Positions 52,551 through 64,000 of a DNA stretch of 64,000 nucleotides are shown piece by piece. The notes beneath the pieces are model-generated. The model saw only the letters and a program-made list of their open reading frames with translations, did not search any database and was not told where the DNA came from. Position 1 is the stretch's first letter, and every line of letters starts with the position of its first letter. The DNA lies in contig OZ260667.1 of assembly GCA_965285935.1 (NCBI GenBank), positions 12,152,001 through 12,216,000 on the forward strand. The letters run 5' to 3'. A program made the translations under genes and the position numbers. Source of the stretch: Ophelia neglecta (taxonomy: Eukaryota).

Positions 52551-53892
52551 AGAAATACATTCAATTTTGTGTGTGGGGCATAGAAAGTTAATTTAATGTT
52601 TGAGAGTCCACCCATGTGACAAATGAAGTGCTTGACAGCTAACCTGCAAACCCCCACCCCCCACCCCCCACCCCCCACCCCCTCCCCTCAAACACGCGCA
52701 AGCACTCAATAATAACGAGTGCCTGTAGGCCCCCCTATATATATATGGCTAGCTGTGCGTGAACGATAATACCAGAAAGCCCTATATGGGGTTATATAGT
52801 TGAGTATTATTGTGAACATTCTTTGAGTGAAGAAGTTTTTATTTTACTTACAGGTACATGACGCAGGCTGAATGCTTGTGTATATATATGCGTTGTATGG
52901 TTTTGGTCTTCGAATAATATGAACAGATGAAATGGCATAACCTGACACGGGAAACCATAGGCCTAAAACATATGTGCTCAGAAGTAGAAATACCAGCAGT
53001 GACCCCTACCTTGAGCGTTGGTGTCTTAGACATGACAGAAGGAATAAAATACTACTTCTGTAAATACGACATGGTACTGACCCCTATGGGTAAGCAGTAG
53101 CTGCATATTTTAGTACAAAGTAGTATAGGCATTACGTGCCCTACTGGCTCCTTCAAAAGTGAGAAGAGTTTTTTACATAATTATGCAGTAGGCATTGTCA
53201 ATTGAATAGAAGTTTCGGACCCAATTGCTCATTTATTTTCTTAAAAGAATTAGGATTGTACTGCAAATAGGCATAATCGGTATAATCGTCATCAGGCCTA
53301 TTAATTATATTTTATTACTGGTATTTTTTAGACCTATTGCCACAATTTATCCTCCTCACTATTATTATTTTTATTTTATGTTTTCCTATTTCTAAAACGG
53401 CAGTATGACAACAATGCATTAACATGCATGAGATCAATGTAATTCCTTATTAGGCCCTATAAACTGATTACATTGTTCATCAGTTTGATAACATTTGTCA
53501 TCAGTGTGATCAAATAGGTAGTCAATATGATCATGTTGACACATATTCAGAATGTTACAAATCACAGGTTGTCAATATGACTGTTCTTAGGCATAGGTAG
53601 TCAACTTGACTACATATACTGGTCATTCTTCCAGTGGAAAAGTGGTAATATTTCAATTGTGGATATTATGCTGAATCTGTCATTTCATGCCAAAATATAT
53701 ATTCCTTTGTGACCTTGGTAATGGATATAAGGGGATTATAAACCTTCCAATATATATATCAAACGAATCTCCGCCCGTAATGTATACCGATGTGGTCAAT
53801 TAGACTACATAGCTAGTAATGTGGCTGTCAGACTGACTACCAAAAATACTAGGCCTACATTACTACCCTCTGACTACCCCGTGTTTTCAGTG

Positions 53893-54783
53893 ACGGGATT
53901 CTGGACGGTTCTCCAATAACATTTGTGACGTTCGGTTTGAGCTCTAGCAGCATTCTAGCTTAGTTCGTGATGTTCTAGGAATGTTCTTGAAATTTGTGAG
54001 GTCATTCGGTTAGGTTGAACATTATTTTGAGTTTTTCTGAGGTTCCCGAATGCGACAGATGGCCCCTTCTGGAACGTTCGAACTGTATTTTAGGAAGGAG
54101 CGGTCTGTTCGGAAACAGTTATGAAAGCATTCTATCCATACTGAGATCAGTCGGTTAATTCAATGTGATCGAAATTAGGCAAAAAAATTTCAAAAAAATG
54201 AAAAAAAAAGACCTGCGTAGCATTATGTTAAAAACCGTTAAAATTAATCTAGATGACCTGGTCTGCCTATGGAGCGTCTTGGTCAGCTCTGGCCCACCTA
54301 ACACCTCACGCTCCTGCAGCTTCATCTCGGCCTCCTCCATCTCCAGCTTTGGCATCATCTTTTTTCTTTCCTTTGGGGCATATATTAAGTCTAAATTATG
54401 AGCTTCGTCCTATCACCATTCGCGCGAACGTCGGACTAGATTCGGAAAGTTGTGAACGAACCAGAAACTAGCTATGCGAGAAGCGATAGGATGGGAAACT
54501 GGCTATTCGAGGAGCGTTCGACCTATTCGGAAGGGTATAGGAAAGCGTTCGCAGAGTGTTCGAAAGAATCCGGTACGACATCAAACCAATGATAAGTTCG
54601 AGCTACACACCGTAAGAATTCGGAAAGGATTCGGAAAGGATGCTAGATTAATGCAGAAAGTATGCGCCTAAAAATGCCTCCCTCTTCGTTTTGGCTCTTC
54701 GGAACGAAAATAGTAAAACATATTCTAGGAACGTTCGGAAGCCCATACGTTTCGTTAGGACCAGAATAAAGATGTAAACCTAG
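53893..54783. mobile_element. remnant of a non-autonomous DNA transposon (Harbinger-like), interrupted at the CACTA end
   Basis: Dense gttc/ttcgga/gaac motifs, inverted about a central region; ends ...gatgtaaacctag. The matching end was not found. Confidence 0.35.
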
Positions 54784-55499
54784 AAAACATCTCCTGCCCG
54801 ATAAATGTGTGTGTGTGGGGGGGGGGGGGGGGGGGCAAACAATTAACTTGAGTGCTGCCTTGTGTAGAAGGGAGAATATGATCCTGTACATGTTACGTAA
54901 GAGCTCGTATAGATCACGAGTGATCAGGAATTATAATATACTGCTAAATATGACGGAAAGAAATACGGTTTTAATTTAATATGGTAGGATTTCCATGACA
55001 ACTGTTTTATTTTGTCTATTTTACGAAGTAATAAAACTGAAAGAACTGTTCTTTCTTACAGTTTATATTTACAAGTTGGTCATTTCCATCATACTTTGTG
55101 TATAACAAGCTAATCCCTGCATTTTGAATTAAAAACATTCTTCCAAGTTTAGGGGTCAAGTTGGGGTCAATGAAAACTCATAATTGTATTATTTTGTCCT
55201 ATTTTTTCATAAAAAGTTAAATTTTGACATCAAAAGTCATTACAAGCATCAAATGTTGTACTCGAATATCTATACAATCAATAACCGAATGGAATATATG
55301 GGTAACCTTGATTTTTTCAAATTAAATCAATTATTTTAAGTTAAGATGGACCAAATACGGCAAATATTTCCGAATTACTTAATTTCTGAATAACTCAATA
55401 AAGGGCACAAACAGCTACTTTCGCCTACACAATCATTTTCTTCGAGTATATGATATAACAACTCATCATTGTTTTGACTGGTACATCAGTATTAAGTTG

Positions 55500-56200
55500 T
55501 GTTCTTGTATAATTACTCGTTTTCGGGTTTAGGGTACATATTAGGCGGCTTAATACACAGACAATTGGGTTCAGGCAAGAAACTGTTTGTATGTCTCATC
55601 GATTTTTTGGGGGGGTTTGATATGATGAATAGGAACATTTTATTTAATAAACTCATCAAGTCAGTTATTCGTATCCGCGTCATAAACGCACTCCGGAATT
55701 TATAGTCGAAAACTACATTCAGTGTATAATGCCGAGAAGGACTTGGTAAATTGATTGATATTATAATATGATTAGCCAAAATAGGAATTGCCGTTACCAT
55801 GGTTACTGAGTTGTCACGGAAGTACTTGAGCGATCTCACATTTTACTTTAACAATCAACACGGCATTGTTGTTACTGCTGAATTAATAATGTTACATCTG
55901 CCGTTGGCAGACGATCTTACACTATCTTACACGATCTCCGACTCACCTGGAGGACTACAAACACAGATGACGCTCTTAACATCTAATGCGCTCTTAATCT
56001 ATTCATTATTCATGAAACAAAAAACAAAACATATGTTCTTGTTTGGATGGAAGGTATGATCTAGAAATGTGTTTAATTTTACGATACAAATTACAAGGCA
56101 ATATTCATAACGACACTTAAACAACTGCCGAGTTTGGCATGCTGGTATTTTATATAAACTTGGGATGCTGGGAATTCGTGGCAAAGAAATAAATGGCTGG
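55500..56200 (+). pseudogene. degenerate non-LTR retrotransposon (LINE) reverse transcriptase fragment
   Basis: KKLFVCLIDF..GFD.MNRNILFNKL...I....INALRNL (D..KAFD region) and LHLPLADDLTL...SDSPGGLQ...KTK (ADD catalytic motif), with stops and frameshifts. Confidence 0.85.
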
Positions 56201-57677
56201 CAGGTTATTAACATGGTCGCCGGCAGCGGTTGGCTCTTCCCTGGGCGGGGGGGGGGGGGGGGGGGTCGTCATGGAGAGAGGTGCCTGCCGCTGTGCCACG
56301 AGATTCAGTTCTTGGGCCGCTTTTGTTTTTGATATATATATATAAATGACATTGCTGATAATATTCAATGCGACGTAAATCCTCTTGCAGACAGAACGTC
56401 CCTTTTCTCTACAACAAGGCAAGGTGGCTACTTTGGCTTAACTATGAATAATTTGTACAACGGTGCTGACTGCGCGTCCGCATGTACGTAGGGGTGGTAT
56501 ACATGCAACTGCATGCGGCTGAGCACTCAGCTCCGGCGTTTCGTCCTATCTGCGATAACTGCTACGACCGACAACATTTCAAAGTCGATAACACAAAATG
56601 CAAATGAAAACGTGTTTCACTTGATGTTTCGTGACAATGACGATATATTAGTTGCCCGTAATTTTCGTCATGGCTCCAAATTGAGTTATCCTACTGGTAA
56701 AGCCCCAGTAACTGATAATAACGAGTTATAATGAAAACCCACACTCATTTACAAAATTGGTTATTAATCGCAGTTTATTTGGGATTTTATGTTTATTTCC
56801 ATGGTGGCACTCGAACAACTTTTAATGTTTTCATTTCTGATCACTGCATACGAATATAAATGTAAAACGTCTGACAAGTTCCAAAGTTGTTTTTCAAAAG
56901 TACAATTTCATGAACGTTTACTCCACTTTTCGGTAAATGTTTTTGTGTAAGCACATATCACACGTGCTATGCCCGTGTGCAGTGCAGGCTTAGTCATTTA
57001 GTCTAGTGACGTCATCATAACACTGATATGTATTTAGAACCAGAGACTTATACCCTGCCACTGCCACTTCACACGTGCTGCACAATTTACAGGTGGAAGC
57101 TCGACCTTCTTAGGGACCGCACCTTAGAACTTGGCCATGCCACTGCCACACCGCCTTGCCATTTAGCCTTGCCACTCTTCCTGCCATTTCAAGTTGCCAC
57201 TTAACCCTGCCATTTTTTTACCTTGCCAATGCCCCTCGCGTGCTAAGAACATTGACTCTCTACTGCCACTCTAATCACAGTATCAAGGTTGGCTCATTTT
57301 TAGTCTACCCTCTGAACCACGGTTCTAAAACCACACTAATCAATAATTAATACATAATTTAGGGCGACAATTATTATTTTTTTTATACAGTTAGGTTTAA
57401 TGTGAATTTTCTTATGCGAGAAGCGCGTCACGGCACACAAGAGACTTTTGTACAGAAAGGCGCTTAGGGTAGTGGTGCCGTCTGACGAGTACACTACTTT
57501 ATAATTTATTTATCCTTGATTTATACATCAGTGCCAACATTTTCTTCCAACCACTCGTATGAGCAAAAGAAGCATACTGTGCACTGGACCGTCTTTTGAC
57601 GTACGCACCCTAAGCAGTTGTGTTTTAATCTTGGGATTTTGGATTGCTTCGGCGCACTTGGCCCTCTGAACCAGTTC

Positions 57678-57763
57678 TTCTCAGCATAGAGGTTATCAGG
57701 GCTTTACAACTTCGTTGAAAGTACTTTTCATAGGCTGGGGCCTTTGAATTGTGGAATGCGCGC
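57678..57763. repeat. ~86-bp direct repeat, copy 1 (copy 2 at 58816-58902)
   Basis: ttctcagc.tagaggttatcagggctttacaacttc.ttgaaagtactttt..taggctggggcc..tgaatt.tggaatgcgcgca. Confidence 0.85.
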
Positions 57764-58277
57764 AGATTCAGTCCACGGTAGCAGTGTGAGAATGTAGTTC
57801 TTGTAACCACGAGACAAATACAAATACACAGGCCGTGTAAGGGTTTGGTTCCACCTTGTTCTGAATGGCCATAATATACACGCAGTAGTCCATATTTGGT
57901 CTTAAAATAATTAATATATTCCATTATTTCGTTAATCCATCAGAGTTAAGTAGGCACAGACTCCCTGAACAGTGTCATCGATCTATATTAAACCAAGTTT
58001 ATACATCTGTCCTTATCTGTAAGTATCCTTATACATAGTTGAGCACAGTCAGTTTAATCATTGATAAAATGTTGACGTTTAATTAATACCACTTCGCAGT
58101 ATACTATGTTATTAGATTGAACCCTGGAGTCCGCGATTTAGGATCAATGATATGTCTGATTCCTTAACCACATCTTTGTACCAGGAAATCGACTAAGCAA
58201 TGCTTAGGGGTTTTTTTTCCAACTTGTTTGTTTGTTATCGTATCTTCTTTCCCGCGTTGAATTATCGGAGATTCATT

Positions 58278-61200
58278 CTAGAACTTGGTTGAGTAGTACT
58301 GTAACTCCTTGCCTGCGTCTGGTGCGAGGATCTCCACCATGTAGGACAGCTTCTTGGCGTTCACCCAACTGTATGTGTTGTCAAACCTCAACACATCTAA
58401 AATAATATTACAGTATTACATAAAATTAGTGTAAAATCACAGTAGCTAATGTTTATCAAATCAGAATCTGAAGGCTTCCGCTTCTAACTTCCATTAAACA
58501 TTGAAATTGTGAGACACATTTAAGTAAAACTCAAGCCCCTTCCCGGGAATCAATATGGGATCGCTTTCTTGTAAATGCGTGTCAATCTCGGGTAACGTGG
58601 GCTTTAGGTTCTTAACATAGGCCCCTTCATACACAGGGCCTTTTAAAAATGAAAATCTCCCATATAGAGTCACTATATACTAAAATGACGTCCAAGGGGA
58701 TGAGGGTTATCTATTGGGGGAAGGAGGGGGGGGGGGGTATTTTTATATAGTATATAGTGACTCTATATGGGAGACTTTCAGTTTTAAAAGACCCTGTGAG
58801 TACATACTTATATCCTTCTCAGCTTAGAGGTTATCAGGGCTTTACAACTTCCTTGAAAGTACTTTTCTTAGGCTGGGGCCTATGAATTATGGAATGCGCG
58901 CATATATTTGTCCCTAGAACTGTCCGTTCCCCCGGACCACGTAGTGGCAATAATACCTACATGTGCCAATCTCAGGACATGTGACCTGTCCGCTCTCGGG
59001 GACCATGTGACTATTGACCCTCTCACTAGGTAAAACGACTTCCATCTCGGCCGCCTTCTGACGCTCATCCGCCGTGCGCCGAAAAACACCGAACCCAACG
59101 TCATTTCCTTCTGACTTAAACTGCCAGCTATAATGAAAGGAGCCAATGTTTACTCTGATATTTTGGTAAACAGTTGTAAGAAGTATCGGTAGACGTCGTA
59201 AAAAGGGAAGACCTGGGTGGTTGGATGAGTTGTGGAATAAATGTCCGCTATTCTCAAACTATTTTAGATGGAATATCTCTTGAGTATTTTTTCCTTTCTT
59301 TATTATCAACAACTTTGTAAAGATCGCCTTTAGTCCTATATATACCTGATCATTGAGTTGGGTTCGGTCACCTCGAAGTCCAGTTGTAGTGAGGATCCTC
59401 GTTGTATGGTGACGGTGGTAAAGTTACTCATGTCTACATTGTCCATGAAGTTGTCAATACGATAGCTTTCAGGGATAGGGCCACCCATACAAATCTAGGA
59501 ACAGAACTGATCGGTAACCTTAACGTTCGATAGAAAAACGGGAATATATATATTAATAAAATAAGTCCCCTCTGACCGTATTTAGTTATTCTATTCACAT
59601 GTGACACCCGTTACAACACCACGATAAGCAGGTGTCTGGACTTTTCGAGCGAGCGCCAGTTCGAGCGGTGGCTATACTGGTCGTTTCGAGCGAGGACATC
59701 GGACGTTTCGAGAGGGGCCATCAGACGTTTCGAGCGGGGCCTGTTCTAGTCGGTTATGATAGTAAACAGTTTCAGATACAACTTTTCGAGCGGTGCGACT
59801 GCACTTTTCGATCCCGACGTCGGCTGATACATGGCGGACATGACTACTAGGCATGGAACGACCTCTGGTGGCATATCCAAGAGGAGCTCCCAGTGATACG
59901 GACTGATTTGGAAATGAAAAAAGCGTAAAAATGCGCCAAACTTGTGCAATTTCGAAGAGAATAATCGTGGAAAAGGTAGCAAGTCACCGTATTTAAAAAA
60001 AAAAAAAAAATAAACGAGATTCAACCGTTCTAAACATCGTCGGTGAACTGCCTTTAGTTATCGCCAACCAGGGGGCTACAAGAGTCGAACTGAATATAAA
60101 GAGATTAGCAAACAGTAATACAGTAATATAGCTACATTATCAAGATTTATTAGCTTAACTCCTATAAAACGCCCCGCTCGAAAAGTTCCCCGCTCGAAAT
60201 GTCCCCGCACGAAACGACCCGGGACCGATAAACAACAATGATGAATGGTTCTTCACTGAAAAAGCTTATTTTGAAAACGTTCGCATCGACTATTAACAGG
60301 TGGCAGCAAAAGCTCGTCGCAACTTATTTTGTATAGACTGTCGACGAGGACTTGTCTAATAAGGGGCAGTTAACTGTTCCAACACTACAGTAAATATTTC
60401 CATCTAACAGCTGAAGTGGTAATAATTTGTTATAAAAAAATCTAGGAATATACCAGTTAAATCATGTGAAATAAGTTATTTGGCTATTGATAACTCTGCT
60501 TTGTCCTTAGGAGACATGATAATCCCATTTCCACTTACTGTTTCCAGGTTCCTTCACCAAACACCGCTCCATTACATTAATAGACCAACCATACGTTGGC
60601 TTCTAGAATGTAACGTCTTTATATTTATCTAATTTACTATTTAGTAACTAGATATATTAGTTAACATTACATGTGGCAATGTGTATGTATGATTATCCGC
60701 ACGTTATATTTGATATCTAGTTGCGAGTTGGATTGTTGTTCTGCACTATGCGCATGTATGTATGCTTGTATGAAATCTGTCCACTCGCTCTGTGTACTTT
60801 GGGAAATAGATGTATCGTTTCTTTAGCCAATAAACTCATAAGATAACTTTTTTTTTGACGTTTCAAATTTTTTTGATTTAATTTGATACACATTTTAATT
60901 TGTACTTATAAAGCTCAATTAGCACTAAAGAGTAACACAATAGCCTTTAGTACTTTAGGGATCCAAGTTAATAAGGCTTTTCGGTTATTTTCATCAAACA
61001 ACTGTCTCCTAACTTTGATTTGGAGAAATAGTCCAGCCAGATTATTATCTTCTCCATGCAACTTGGATCCCACCCAACATGTTCCAGTATTTCTAAAATA
61101 AATGGTCTATTTGGGCATAATATGTCGATAGGTACACACACCCCCTCGCCCCAACCTCATTTTCCAACATTTGTTAAGGACATTAAGGTGCGAGGTGTCA

Positions 61201-63078
61201 AACCCTGGATTGTACTGTGGCCTACTCGTTCACTGTTTTCTTTGAATTCCTTGCTATGATTTTTGTCGGCCACTAGAGGTGGCATAAATATCATCAGCTG
61301 AAATGTTGACACTTTTGGACACGAGTATTGTTTTAACCAAGAGGAAATGTATGACTCATTTGTGAAGCTATGCTGATAGTTTTAATATTACCATTCGGTT
61401 GGGAAACAGGAGCAAGTAAGTACCTTAGACCGACAGCATGTGTCACCATCAGGGTCAGTGGCCGTGCCGCCCCAATTCACAGGAAGTTGGTCGGCATCTA
61501 TATACTGGAGTAGGTGCTCTTTCCAATTGCCTTAATAATTGAAAAACAATCGTTAGTAAGAAACTTTGGTTATGTTTTGTGGGTAAATATATTATTAGAT
61601 GAATCCAAATAATAAACATAAGCTTGAAATAATGTTCCTTGACAGTATTTATTTTATTTTCGTAGTTCTGCCATCAAGTTTCAAGAAAAGATTTTTTTTT
61701 TTATTCCATGTCATTTGGAAAAGCTATAATATTTACTTTAAACGAAATTCTTAAAATTTCGGTTAGGATTGCGAGCAGTATTGGCGAACTTACCTCCTAC
61801 AACCTGTATTTTAGTGCGCGTGTATTCACTAAGGAACGGCTTTGCTAAAGCATAGGCAATCGGGAAGATCTTGGGCGCTATGGGAAGAGAGAGTTAGAGA
61901 GTTTGAAAGATAAGAAAGAGAATCAGGATAAGGATGAAGTTAGGACAATGAACATCGGACATATAGGATACACTGGCTGTTCCACATAAAGACGTACATT
62001 GGCTGACTAGGTAAATTCTGGTACGATAACTAGTGTATGGTCATTTAGTAATACGTCGGTAATAGTAGTAATAAACCAAAAGACCTTAATGTCATGCAAA
62101 TTCAACTGAATAAATTATAACAATTATGAACTAATGGGTGGAATGGTAGGTTTTTAGGATTAAGAGACCATTGCGCTTAAAAAACTATTGATTGCTTTTC
62201 AAAGGACTAAAAACGGCTTCAAAAATTATCCAAGCCTTCACTACTCCCTCTACATTCACTGCCCAATACTTGTATTTTCCGCCGGGTATCTACCTTCATG
62301 CAAAAATACATTAGTTTCTATAATACTGGGAAAAATTTTGGCTGGAAAAAGGGCAAAATATACATGGAAAAGTATTCAATGTTAAAATCAATGATGTCAA
62401 AATTTTACAAATGCGAGAAAGATGAAAAAGATGACAACATAGGGACATAGACGGCCAATCATTATACATCAGTAGGCACGTATACACCAATGTAATAAAT
62501 AATTATGATAATAGCAATCTCCTTAATATGAGTACTGTCTCTAGAAAATATTAACAATGATCAAAGAACAACTTATGTGGAAAGCTGGCAAATTGGCAAA
62601 ATAAATTTTACCATTCTAAACTTATAAACAAACGTAAGACCATGAAATTAAGTTTAATTTGCTCGATATCTCAAAAGTGTACCATTAATAACAAAGCAAA
62701 TCCTCAATGTCTCGGGGTAGTGAGCTTCAAGCACAGCAAGTACCTCGGTCAATACTTCAACCGCTGGATGAAAATTAAAAAACAAACATGAGTAGTCTAA
62801 TATTTAAATTAAAACAACTAAAATACACTTCCAGTCAATTAATAGTTCATGCATTGATGTGAAATATTTTATACATGCGGTAGCATTGCAAAGTTTATAT
62901 GATTAACATTAAGTATTAAGAGGGAATGTATTGAAGCTTGTACGGATGAAAAGGTACAACTATAATGCAATAAATCAAAAACTATATTGAAGGAAAGCAG
63001 ACCTGGTTTCCAAAGGTGTTTCATGCCTATTCCTTCCATGTCGAATATCATAACACACTGGTCAATTCTACGGCCATT
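58278..63078 (-). CDS. SEC14L2: SEC14-like protein 2 family, tandem paralog B; exons 6-12 (5' exons beyond window)
   Basis: Exons 63078-63003, 62763-62683, 61877-61794, 61530-61424, 59494-59346, 59127-58961 and 58396-58278 (stop TAG). Lengths and phases are identical to paralog A (76, 81, 84, 107, 149, 167, 119 nt) with no disablements. Confidence 0.93.
58630..58802. mobile_element. MITE with ~50-bp TIRs, TA-flanked (intron 11 of paralog B)
   Basis: cacagggccttttaaaaatgaaaatctcccatatagagtcactatatacta ... tagtatatagtgactctatatgggagactttcagttttaaaagaccctgtg. Confidence 0.85.
59631..60226. mobile_element. non-autonomous DNA transposon with GG..CC ends, subterminal ttcgagcg repeats and an 8-bp TSD (Merlin/MULE-like)
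   Basis: Left arm ggtgtctggacttttcgagcg..., right arm ...cgctcgaaaagt...cccgggacc; flanks gataagca (59623-59630) and gataaaca (60227-60234). Absent from the 180-bp equivalent intron of paralog A. Confidence 0.75.
62260..62341 (-). pseudogene. disrupted exon 8a of SEC14L paralog B
   Basis: Homologous to 29080-29163 with AG/GT retained, but 82 nt long, with TAG in the homologous frame (PKFFPVL*) and indels. Confidence 0.8.
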
Positions 63079-63477
63079 CTACAATCAAATATCATAACAC
63101 ACTGGTCAACTCTACGGCCATTCTACAATCAAATATCATAACACACTGCTCAACTCTACGGCCATTCTACAATCAAATATCATAACACACTGGTCAACTC
63201 TACGGCCATTCTACAATCAAATATCATAACACACTGGTCAACTCTACGGCCATTCTACAATCAAATATCATAACACACTGGTCAACTCTACGGCCATTCT
63301 ACAATCAAATATCATAACACACTGGTCAACTCTACGGCCATTCTACAATCAAATATCATAACACACTGGTCAACTCTACGACCATTCTACAATCAAATAT
63401 TATAACACACTGGTCTATTCTAAGGCCATTTTACAATTAAATATCATAACACACTGGTCAACTCTACGGCCATTCTA
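63048..63477. repeat. 44-bp tandem array (~10 copies) of the exon 6 acceptor and exon start, paralog B
   Basis: Unit tcataacacactggtcaactctacggccattctacaatcaaata. Confidence 0.95.
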
Positions 63478-63703
63478 AACTCAATTCAAAATATACATGA
63501 ACCATAACCAGATATATACAGAAAATATAGAATAAACGTTGTGGTCAGGATGTCAGCACTAGGAAAGCCCTCTGGTAAACATTAAATTACAATAAACGAA
63601 AAGGTAAAATGGTAACCGATCATACCACCTATAAATTTTTACTGTTTTAAATAAAGAAACAACAATCACAAAAAATATTAAATTAATAAATTGCATGAAT
63701 TAC

Positions 63704-63734
<31 letters not shown>

Positions 63735-64000
63735 TAGCCATCACGATTTTGTCGTGCCATCACGTACGGCCAGAAAGGAAAATATAAGGAAAAGCACTCA
63801 ATTTAAATATATAGGTAGGAGAGCTGCAGCGCGTCCAGAGATGGAAAATATATAATAAATTTATTGAAATTAGATCATCTGTGATAAAAGAAGGCAGAGA
63901 AACAACAAGAAAAGAAGAGTCACCCGCCGTGAAGGGAATCCCAGTGTCCGCACAACCCCGCTGAGGCAAGGCAGCCGACAAGAGGTGCAACAACAGACAT

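Larger units (their letters stand above)
46829..53892 (-). mobile_element. disabled EnSpm/CACTA (CMC superfamily) DNA transposon; far end not found
   Basis: Transposase pseudogene at 48614-51053; CACTG terminus (tttcagtg ending 53892); subterminal ggtagtca...tgactac repeats at 53515-53880; GC-rich promoter-like region at 51850-52550; spliced second ORF downstream of the transposase. Confidence 0.75.

Noticed and set aside
57470-57500. Hammerhead ribozyme cores (CTGANGA) here and at several other sites
   Set aside because: No stem II plus GAAA arrangement was found by eye; an Infernal search would be needed to exclude them fully.
58278-63078. Paralog B as an uncollapsed haplotype of paralog A
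   Set aside because: Introns are largely unalignable and exon 7 is ~20% divergent, which indicates a true duplication.

Overview
Eukaryotic (invertebrate-type, probably lophotrochozoan or invertebrate deuterostome; species not identifiable here) intron-rich, repeat-rich genomic DNA. All exon models were built by hand from GT/AG sites and phase. Contents: (1) the last two exons of a + strand gene with a Sushi/CCP domain and a divergent F-type-lectin/discoidin-like C-terminal domain; (2) two exons of an unidentified - strand coiled-coil gene near 9-10 kb; (3) a complete 12-exon SEC14L2-like (CRAL-TRIO + GOLD) gene on the - strand at 23941-37413, 398 aa, and exons 6-12 of a tandem paralog at 58278-63078; (4) between the paralogs, a disabled EnSpm/CACTA (CMC) transposon whose second, spliced ORF resembles a CIDE-N domain; (5) a LINE reverse transcriptase relic, several MITEs and SINE relics, a near-perfect 300-bp palindrome and many minisatellites. 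Main unusual observations: an intact second copy of SEC14L exon 8 (the lipid-pocket gate helix), probably mutually exclusive, that is disrupted in the paralog; a 44-bp array that repeats the exon 6 splice acceptor and is expanded to about 10 copies in the paralog; exon-by-exon mosaic divergence suggesting gene conversion; and the CIDE-N-like transposon cargo. No CRISPR, rRNA or intact tRNA was found.
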